NCBI GenBank assembly: GCA_015233335.1
Contig: JADFXX010000001.1
Span: 6,302 to 70,301, forward strand
DNA from: Candidatus Omnitrophota bacterium
GTDB taxonomy: Bacteria; Omnitrophota; Gorgyraeia; Zapsychrales; Fredricksoniimonadaceae
Length of the DNA: 64,000 nt
Reading direction: 5' to 3'
Position 1 is the stretch's first letter; each line of letters begins with the position of its first letter. Below the pieces are notes generated by a model. The model was not told the origin of the DNA, ran no database searches, and saw only the letters and a list, made by a program, of their open reading frames with translations. The translations under genes and the position numbers were made by a program. Shown one piece after another: positions 1-6,830 of this stretch.

Positions 1-184
1 CGCTCTTTAGAAACTCGAAAAAGGCAAACTACTTGAAAAAGTAGGACGCAAAGCCATGAGCCTAACCTCGTTGATCAATGAGCAAGGCCGTCTGGTTGCC
101 GGAACCAAAATACTAATATGGTTTCGTGATTTGCATTTCGTCCTCTTTTTCGGGAAGTTTAAATTCTCAACAAAGGAGGGCGAA

Positions 185-421
185 ATGTCAAGGTTCCCCA
201 TCATTCTAGCATTCATAGGACTTATCCTCATACAAACTGAACCGGCTTTCTCTGCAGTCACAAGGACCTTGACATTATTGGTCTCAGCCACCCTGCCTGA
301 ACATATTATGACCAATAGTCTTAATATTGCTCCAATTTCAAACACTAATCAGCTCATTCAAACAGATACTGTGATCAGAAATAATAAAAGCGTCAGACTT
401 ACCACTATTGTTGTTCCATAG
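185..421 (+). CDS. Small secreted protein (78 aa) of unknown function, convergent with the fibre locus
   Basis: An AGGAGG site (174-179) lies 5 nt upstream of the ATG at 185. The N-terminus MSRFPIILAFIGLILIQTEPAFSA looks like a signal peptide. The ORF-track start at 56 has no RBS and a non-protein-like N-terminus, so I trimmed it. Confidence 0.45.
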   Translation: MSRFPIILAFIGLILIQTEPAFSAVTRTLTLLVSATLPEHIMTNSLNIAPISNTNQLIQTDTVIRNNKSVRLTTIVVP

Positions 422-446
422 ATTGCTTCGCTTCGCTCGCAATGAC
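420..446. repeat. Short dispersed repeat, copy A (AGATTGCTTCG-CTTCGCT-CGCAATGAC)
   Basis: The same core recurs at 8402-8434 and 11138-11170. This copy sits in the 39-nt gap between two convergent stop codons. Confidence 0.7.
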
Positions 447-460
447 ACTTACTATTATAA

Positions 461-3400
461 TTATTCTTGGCTGCCTTCGGCCTTCTTGATCTGTATCGGA
501 ATATTAAACATATAATTTGTTCCCTCAGCCACATCAATTTTATTCTCCAGCTTGACCAGCGGCAGCATATTAAGCGGAATACTGTTGATATCAATTAAAA
601 TCATATGCTTTCCAGGGGTGACTTTCCTAAAATAAAATGCCCCGTGAGAGTCGCTGATTTGGACAATTTTGCCGTCCAGGACCACCTTCACCTTGCCGAT
701 AAATTGGTCCCCCTCATTCGGAGCGCCGGCACCTTGCTTGGGCACAAAAGCTATACCATAAATTCCTGTCTGAGTAATTAAACCAAAATTGGCTTCAGAT
801 TTTCGCTTCTCAACAACCTTGACATTCAAAGATTGCGGGGTCGAAAAAATCAACCCTCCGGGGATCGTGTCCGACACCGGCACCACATCCACGGACTTGC
901 CTCGGACTTGTATGCGGTATCGCCCATTTTTGTCCGTAACTGCTTCTTTATCTCCGACTTTCACCTTAACACCCGCAATCCCTTCATCCCCTGATGCAAA
1001 CTTGCCATCACCCTTCCTGTCTTTAAATATAATCCCGTATACCGTGCCCGTAGGATCCCAATATGTCCCCCCTCCAAAAGTCATGCGCAGCCCCAAATGG
1101 ACCTGAAAATCGTCATAGGACGGATTCCCTGTGTGAGACATGATCTTGCTTGCATTACCATCAAGAAAAATATTAACATCCTGTGTGGGGTTATAGCTTA
1201 AGCCGGAAGAAAGGATAACACTCTTTTCTCCGGAAAGAAAACTATTGCTGTCTGCATTTATTCCCAGCTCATCATGGTAGCCCACCTGAGAGTTGAATGA
1301 AACTTTTGAAGATAACTGCTTTTGATACTCAACACCCGCATTGATGATGTTGGGGTTAGAATTTAGGCTGGTGGCCGGTTGATGCAAAAAGTCATATTCA
1401 TAACTGGCATAGAAAGAGACATGGTTCGTTAAAGGTAGTCTAATTCCGGTGATCACGTCCTCACGTTGATAGTCGGAGGCGTCCGAACCTGAAGAATGAC
1501 TGCTTTGATAACCAACACCCCCAAACACTGATCCTCTCAGGGAGCTCCAGATACCAAAACTACGGGTCAGCCGTTCATTGATCCCAAAACTGCTCATTGG
1601 TGAAAGCTCACCGGGATTGGACCTGAAATTTAAATCCGAATCACTTGAGACATCTGGGGAAATATTCACATGGAGATTCCCATTGGCATCGTAATTATAA
1701 TCATTAGGGCGTTCGGGATTGGCATCAAGACGGCTCCTGTAAGCTTCTACAAAAGTGCTTTCCGAAAAATCCTTGGTATCGGCACTGGTTGTCCACATCA
1801 TGCCGGTTTCACCCTGATAAGAAGGCATAGAAGAAACAGTCGCATAACTCTTATCAATATTTCTAAAATTAAAACCTGTCTTAAAAGTCCCCTCCTGCCA
1901 TTTTAAGGACGCAAGCGAGGCATCATGGGTACTATCAGAGCCTTGTTCAGCATTAAGCGTCAGGTGATCATTAAATTTGTGCTGTCCTTCAACGGAATAA
2001 GTATGATTGCTTAGATCCGCTTGGCGGTCTGCACCATATCCGGTGGCCACATTAAAAGAATATCGATCATTATCGCTTTTGGGGAAAAGAGTGAGCTTTG
2101 CCGCATCAATATACGCATTGCCATACTGGGTCTGCTGACCCATCGCGATAAAACCCATCTGCATTTGTTGTTGCCCGTGGCTCAAGGATAGGCCTAAAAT
2201 ATCCCCCATCAAATCGACATCTGCAAAAACACCCCTTAAAACCGTGGTTGGCATAGTTAAAGCTGATAAATATCTTGAAGCATCGAAAGCCCGTAAGTTA
2301 AAATTACTAGTGCCTTCAAGAGGTATTTGACTTAACCCCAGCGTATATGAATTGAAATCGGAATAAGAATTAAAATCAGAATAGTTAACAGATGTATCAA
2401 AATAGCCATAGGGTGTCTCTCCTGTCACACCTAAGGATTGATTAAAGTCATAACTTTGACGTTTAAGATGCTGCAAATTCTTCCCGTCATAATAGGTGCT
2501 CCAGTCATTGGCATAAGTCGCCTTAAAAGCTTGAGAGTGCTGGACCCCGTTTGACATTTGATACGACCCGGAATTAACCGATTTAGGGAAAAGAACTTCT
2601 ATGTAAATAGTATGCAGTCCCGAACTATCCCAAATATGAAGAAAGGTTGCCCCTATCCTTTGAGAATCTACTTCCAGACGGTCAGCGCTAATGACCTTCA
2701 AAAGAAGGAATCCCTCGTCAACTACTAAATATTTTTGGATAGTCTTTGCCTCAATGATAATGGCTGAATTCAACTCCATCTGCAGCTTGGGCTTGGTTTG
2801 ACCATTATTGGTTATTTGGGCCAGTGATACAATAACCGGCGGCCCTTTTGGTTTCTGCGCTATTACGGGCGCAGGTGCGGGATTAACAGCTGTTTCCCTC
2901 CCAGCCACGACAGGATTGACATCATTGCCCCCAGCCTCAGGCAACGCGGCATTCTGAATTGAAGGTTTCGTGCCGTATTGATTCGCACTAACAGCTCCTG
3001 TAGCTTGCCTGATATATACCGGAGGAGTCTTGGTTACAAAGGGGGCAGGCTCTTGGGCAACTACTGCAGGAGCGGCCTTCGTGACAGAGGATGTTTCACT
3101 TGTGGCTGCCTGCGGGATAGCCGCTTCGGGGACCTCTGCAGGAACGGCCTGCGGGATAACTGCTGCGGGTGCCTCGAAAGCAACCTCTGGAGGAACTGCT
3201 GGGGCAACTTGGACAACCGTTGGCTGAATTTCTGCAGGAGGACTTATCCCCTCCCTTTGGTACAAAATCTCCAGATAACGATCTGCTTCTTTAGAATCAG
3301 GGTTAAATATTTTTGCAATTTTTAAATACCGGATCGCCTTTTGATCATCATGTTGGCGGGACGCAACGATCGCTTCGTTGAAATAATATTTATATTCGAT

Positions 3401-3673
3401 CAGCTCTTTAGAAACTTCTGAGGGCGGCACTTCTATGGCCACCCCCCTTTGGTCTAAAATATTTATGTATCGATTAAGCTCCTCATCATTGGAATCATAA
3501 ATCTGGGCAATTTTAAAGCAACGCAGGGCCTCTTGGTCGTCGTGTTTCTTAAAAGCTTTGACGCCTTCATTGAAATAATGTTGATATCCTACGGATTGGT
3601 CAGCAGATGCGCTAGAGGATAACACCGCCACAAAAACTAAACCAAGTCCCCATATGAAAATTTTTTTGATCAT
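461..3673 (-). CDS. Hybrid outer-membrane protein (1070 aa), candidate usher-like or export pore
   Basis: Signal peptide ending SSSASA|DQ. Two copies of a ~47-aa TPR-like unit (aa 31-77 and 95-141). Pro/Ala-rich linker (aa ~143-280). A segment resembling the pilus-formation/secretin N domain (aa ~296-362, IIIEAKTIQKYLVVDEGF..GATFLHIWDSSGLHTIYIEV). About 500 aa of aromatic/Gly/Ser/Asn-rich beta-barrel-like sequence ending LGLRMTF. Two C-terminal beta-sandwich-like units (aa ~867-1070). Confidence 0.6.
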   Translation of the reverse strand: MIKKIFIWGLGLVFVAVLSSSASADQSVGYQHYFNEGVKAFKKHDDQEALRCFKIAQIYDSNDEELNRYINILDQRGVAIEVPPSEVSKELIEYKYYFNEAIVASRQHDDQKAIRYLKIAKIFNPDSKEADRYLEILYQREGISPPAEIQPTVVQVAPAVPPEVAFEAPAAVIPQAVPAEVPEAAIPQAATSETSSVTKAAPAVVAQEPAPFVTKTPPVYIRQATGAVSANQYGTKPSIQNAALPEAGGNDVNPVVAGRETAVNPAPAPVIAQKPKGPPVIVSLAQITNNGQTKPKLQMELNSAIIIEAKTIQKYLVVDEGFLLLKVISADRLEVDSQRIGATFLHIWDSSGLHTIYIEVLFPKSVNSGSYQMSNGVQHSQAFKATYANDWSTYYDGKNLQHLKRQSYDFNQSLGVTGETPYGYFDTSVNYSDFNSYSDFNSYTLGLSQIPLEGTSNFNLRAFDASRYLSALTMPTTVLRGVFADVDLMGDILGLSLSHGQQQMQMGFIAMGQQTQYGNAYIDAAKLTLFPKSDNDRYSFNVATGYGADRQADLSNHTYSVEGQHKFNDHLTLNAEQGSDSTHDASLASLKWQEGTFKTGFNFRNIDKSYATVSSMPSYQGETGMMWTTSADTKDFSESTFVEAYRSRLDANPERPNDYNYDANGNLHVNISPDVSSDSDLNFRSNPGELSPMSSFGINERLTRSFGIWSSLRGSVFGGVGYQSSHSSGSDASDYQREDVITGIRLPLTNHVSFYASYEYDFLHQPATSLNSNPNIINAGVEYQKQLSSKVSFNSQVGYHDELGINADSNSFLSGEKSVILSSGLSYNPTQDVNIFLDGNASKIMSHTGNPSYDDFQVHLGLRMTFGGGTYWDPTGTVYGIIFKDRKGDGKFASGDEGIAGVKVKVGDKEAVTDKNGRYRIQVRGKSVDVVPVSDTIPGGLIFSTPQSLNVKVVEKRKSEANFGLITQTGIYGIAFVPKQGAGAPNEGDQFIGKVKVVLDGKIVQISDSHGAFYFRKVTPGKHMILIDINSIPLNMLPLVKLENKIDVAEGTNYMFNIPIQIKKAEGSQE

Positions 3674-3676
3674 ACA

Positions 3677-3690
3677 GATCCAGCTGGATC
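3677..3690. promoter_or_regulatory. Perfect 14-nt palindrome GATCCAGCTGGATC over the expected RBS position of the 1070-aa gene
   Basis: Read directly from the sequence. It lies 4-17 nt upstream of the ATG (3673-3671). No Shine-Dalgarno motif is visible there. Confidence 0.4.
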
Positions 3691-3729
3691 AGGGAATCAT
3701 GCATCATGGGGTAACGCATAATATAATCC

Positions 3730-4527
3730 CTAGTTTTTCTCTAATGTTAATTGACCGGAAGCATCAACGGTCACACCTATTTCCTGAACCACCACATCTC
3801 CCTCTTCCAAATCACAATTAACCACTAAATTATAACGTCCTGCCTTTAATTTTTTATCTAAAGGAATTTCTATGGGCGCTCCCACACCCGGCGGAACATA
3901 CAATTTTTTGCTTTCACCGCGATTCAAGACCAGACCGCCCTCCTGCATCATGTAATAGGTCGTACGGGGGATCAGTATCACATTCCCCTGGTTGACAAAG
4001 CTGACAGTAAGACTATTGGCTTTAAGTGCTATGTCTTGTAAGATAGCTTTTTTAACCTTATTCTCGGGCTCAATAAAAAATAAACAGCCGATCCTTGTGA
4101 CAACATTGACCCCTGTTTCACTTTTAAGCGGATTACCTGTCCTTTCAAAGAACAGCACACCGTAATGCCCTTCTTGTATCGCACTTGGCACACTGACCGT
4201 ATAATCGATCTTTTGTTCTCCGAAAGCCGGCATGGTAAAGACCTGTGGAGAAAAAGTGACCCATTGGCCGGCAGATGCCGCGGCTGTTCCTGCAGGCAGA
4301 AAATTCTTTGTTCCGTCATAAGGGGCCTTATACTCGAAATCCTCCCAATAAACTTTCATATACGCTGTTTCAGAAGTTGTATTGTGGATCATCAAGGTCC
4401 CGTTGCGATGGTTTCCCCCAGAAACATTTAAAGACACCTTCGCCTGTTCCAAAAGAAATTGAGCATGAGCCTGCGCGCTCATCGTCCCTAACGCACAAAA
4501 AAATAATAAAAGAATCCTGAAAATCAT
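3730..4527 (-). CDS. Secreted two-domain beta-rich protein (265 aa), PapD-like periplasmic chaperone candidate
   Basis: Signal peptide MIFRILLLFFCALGTMSAQAHA. The sequence has alternating beta patterns in two halves (LMIHNTTSETAYMKVYWEDF.., VTFSPQVFTMPAFGEQKIDYTV.., LTVSFVNQGNVILIP..) and sits between the subunit genes and the OM protein gene. The fold assignment is inference. Confidence 0.5.
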   Translation of the reverse strand: MIFRILLLFFCALGTMSAQAHAQFLLEQAKVSLNVSGGNHRNGTLMIHNTTSETAYMKVYWEDFEYKAPYDGTKNFLPAGTAAASAGQWVTFSPQVFTMPAFGEQKIDYTVSVPSAIQEGHYGVLFFERTGNPLKSETGVNVVTRIGCLFFIEPENKVKKAILQDIALKANSLTVSFVNQGNVILIPRTTYYMMQEGGLVLNRGESKKLYVPPGVGAPIEIPLDKKLKAGRYNLVVNCDLEEGDVVVQEIGVTVDASGQLTLEKN

Positions 4528-4561
4528 AAATAAAAAACCTTTCTTAAACCTTGCGCCTTAA

Positions 4562-4598
4562 TCAAAAACACATGGCGGTGGAAAATCCCACCGCCATG
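4562..4598 (-). terminator. Rho-independent terminator after the 226-aa subunit gene
   Basis: On the minus strand: CATGGCGGTGG-GAUUUU-CCACCGCCATG, an 11-bp perfect GC-rich stem, followed by TGTTTTTG. It starts 14 nt after the stop codon at 4612. Confidence 0.75.
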
Positions 4599-4611
4599 CT
4601 TTAATCAAAAC

Positions 4612-5292
4612 CTACGGGATCGTCGCTGAAAAAGTCAAAGTCCCGGTGTAAGTACCGCCAGCATCAGAAGTGCTGAATGGTTTCCCGTTTGAAGGATCAG
4701 CGGGTGATTTTGAGCTTCCGGACCAGACACCGATATAGACCCTCTCCCAGCTACCTGCGGGAATAGATGAAGAAGATAATGTTCCTGCTGTCCCGGTTAA
4801 GTCGATTAGTCTTTTCTTACCCAAAGACGTTGTTGATTCAACCGTTGTCACAGCCGTTCCTGAGATCGATTGTGCCTCAGTGACAAACGTGGCCGTGGTT
4901 TTAGTCCCTAAACCGCCTAATGCCGCAGTAGATGTTCCCCCATTAGGATTGCCGGGGTTTCCATTTGCACCTTCAGTATAAGTGACAGTCACAGACGGTG
5001 TCCCTGCACCATTTGTCCCGATATCTACAGCATAATATGAAGCTGGCAGATAAATACCAAGAGCGGGTTTATAAGCCAAGGTACCAAAAGCTATGGTACT
5101 CGCCCCAACTACGGGCGTACCAAACACATCGGTTGACGCATCAACCGGGGTGACCGTCAAGCTTAGACTTGATGCCGCCGGAATTAAAGCAGACAAAGTA
5201 ATCTGTGCCGATGTCAATGATGCCGCCGAAACCGTTGCTGTTTGGAACAACAACAGCCCTCCTGCTAAAACTATACTCAACCTGGTTTTCAT
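4612..5292 (-). CDS. Secreted Thr/Ser/Gly/Ala-rich protein (226 aa), SCPU/Csu-like fibre subunit candidate
   Basis: Signal peptide ending TVSA|AS. GGAGG RBS 5 nt upstream. The C-terminus ..DAGGTYTGTLTFSATIP resembles the C-terminal strand motif (aGtYtdtvtvtv) of spore-coat-U/Csu-type pilins. There is also a FG motif after the first strands (TIAFGTL). Confidence 0.55.
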   Translation of the reverse strand: MKTRLSIVLAGGLLLFQTATVSAASLTSAQITLSALIPAASSLSLTVTPVDASTDVFGTPVVGASTIAFGTLAYKPALGIYLPASYYAVDIGTNGAGTPSVTVTYTEGANGNPGNPNGGTSTAALGGLGTKTTATFVTEAQSISGTAVTTVESTTSLGKKRLIDLTGTAGTLSSSSIPAGSWERVYIGVWSGSSKSPADPSNGKPFSTSDAGGTYTGTLTFSATIP

Positions 5293-5313
5293 AACTGCCT
5301 CCGTTTTTGATTG

Positions 5314-6687
5314 TTACTTTTGATTTAAAGAAAACAAAACCTGCGCTGAAAAACTGCCGGCATTCATCCGGGCATATCCCTGCATACGATAGATCACTTT
5401 AAAAGTGGCCCCACTGCCTTGGGAGTCCGACGAAAAGACCGGATATTCCCCGGTTTGCACGGGTGAGAAATCCGTAAAGTCCGTCCGGCCTTTTTGACCT
5501 GACGGTATTTCAATTTTAAGATTGAAATATTTGTTATTAAACTCCTTTCCTTGTGTATTTGTCATGCCAGTTTTAAGATCCTGAAGAACCTGATAAGGCT
5601 TATGAAGATTAGAAGTCACGGTCACCTGCACCTCTTTATACTGGGGAGGGCTGTTGACAAGCACGGGCAAAAAATTTAATCCCTCCGCAGGAGGTGTTAC
5701 ACTTACGGTAAATACAGGCTGTATATCACACTGCAGATGAATTGGAAATTCCTGCCTGCCACGATCCGTTTCGACTACATACTTGATCTTTCCGTGATAA
5801 AAACCCGCGTCCTGCCCTTGGACCAAGACAGCATCCACCAAAAAATAAAGAAGAAAATTATCTTCGCTTTTGTTGCTGGAATAAACTAGCGTCCTGCCCG
5901 GGACAAGCGCATTGGCCCCTTGAATACGCAAGCCCTCTGTGCTGCCTTGTGGATAGACTTGTAAAACATCATGCCCTAATTCCTGATCCATTTTATTTCT
6001 GGGAAGGGACTCAAGCTCTTGATAGATCCGAATCTCTTGACCCTCGTTTCCTGAATAAGAGACACTGATAAAATCCGCTGATTTATTGCTAATAGCAGTA
6101 TCGGTATCTCTGATTCGCACCCGGGTCGGATTACGGGCCCCCTTAACAGCTATTTTTAAACTTGAAGGGGCCTCCAAAAGCACATCGATCGTGACCTGAT
6201 CACTGGAAGCATTGCCCGTACCGCGTACCGAGAAAATGAGCCTGCCTCTGAAATTGCCGCCCGTATTGATCAAATTCTGATTAAGAGAGTATCCTATAAT
6301 AAAACCATCACTATCTCCGCTCTGACTTGAACTATAAAGCAATTGATCGCTCATGCCCAAATGATCTGAATTCTGCAGATAAAGGGTGCCGGAAACATTG
6401 GAATTGGACAAAGTCTGCACTTGCAAGGCTTGTAAATTTAAAGCTTCACCTTTCTCATTGACAATAGGCTCTAAAACCCTTTGAAATACCTGATAGCGGT
6501 TCCCATTGGTTGAATTGACTCGGATATGAATTTCCTGCTTGTTCGCCCCCCCTGCACTCGTTATTCTTTCAAATCGTAAACTATTACTGCCGTCAATCGG
6601 ATTGACACTTAAACTTACAGCAGCCCAAGAAGCCTGTGATAGGGCCGTCAAACAGAAAATAACTATAATAACTGCCTGTCTAAACAT
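5314..6687 (-). CDS. Secreted protein (457 aa) with three tandem SCPU-like modules, tip or adhesin candidate
   Basis: Signal peptide ending QASWA|A. Three modules each end with the same kind of strand motif: GGNFRGRLIFSVRG, DAGFYHGKIKYVVE and NAGSFSAQVLFSLNQK (C-terminus). Confidence 0.5.
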   Translation of the reverse strand: MFRQAVIIVIFCLTALSQASWAAVSLSVNPIDGSNSLRFERITSAGGANKQEIHIRVNSTNGNRYQVFQRVLEPIVNEKGEALNLQALQVQTLSNSNVSGTLYLQNSDHLGMSDQLLYSSSQSGDSDGFIIGYSLNQNLINTGGNFRGRLIFSVRGTGNASSDQVTIDVLLEAPSSLKIAVKGARNPTRVRIRDTDTAISNKSADFISVSYSGNEGQEIRIYQELESLPRNKMDQELGHDVLQVYPQGSTEGLRIQGANALVPGRTLVYSSNKSEDNFLLYFLVDAVLVQGQDAGFYHGKIKYVVETDRGRQEFPIHLQCDIQPVFTVSVTPPAEGLNFLPVLVNSPPQYKEVQVTVTSNLHKPYQVLQDLKTGMTNTQGKEFNNKYFNLKIEIPSGQKGRTDFTDFSPVQTGEYPVFSSDSQGSGATFKVIYRMQGYARMNAGSFSAQVLFSLNQK

Positions 6688-6796
6688 ATAAAACTCCTAA
6701 ACAAAAAAACACAACAAAAAGGATATCCAATGGGGGGGAAATCTTTAGTTTATATAAAAACGGAGAAATATATACTTGTATAAATGATAGGTTATA

Positions 6797-6824
6797 AGTA
6801 TAACATATTAATCAACATTTGCAA
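6797..6824 (-). promoter_or_regulatory. Candidate sigma70-type promoter for the fibre locus
   Basis: On the minus strand: TTGCAA (6824-6819), 16-nt spacer, TATACT (6802-6797). It lies ~110 nt upstream of the ATG at 6687 in an AT-rich gap. Confidence 0.3.
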
Positions 6825-6830
6825 ATTTTT

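Noticed and set aside
7-345. A 112-aa minus-strand ORF at the left edge, and the 5' extension (56-184) of the plus-strand ORF.
   Set aside because: The sequences are not protein-like and have no RBS. The only convincing signal in this region is the AGGAGG + ATG(185) + signal peptide combination on the plus strand.
358-594. A 78-aa minus-strand ORF containing the peptide KCHCERSEAI.
   Set aside because: The peptide is simply repeat copy A translated. The rest of the ORF overlaps the 3' end of the 1070-aa gene in another frame.
2341-2400. A short tandem duplication (SDFNSY-SDFNSY) inside the barrel region of the 1070-aa protein.
   Set aside because: It is real in the sequence but is only an 18-nt duplication (two six-codon units differing at a few synonymous positions) inside a predicted loop or strand. 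I see no evidence of phase-variable repeat behaviour.
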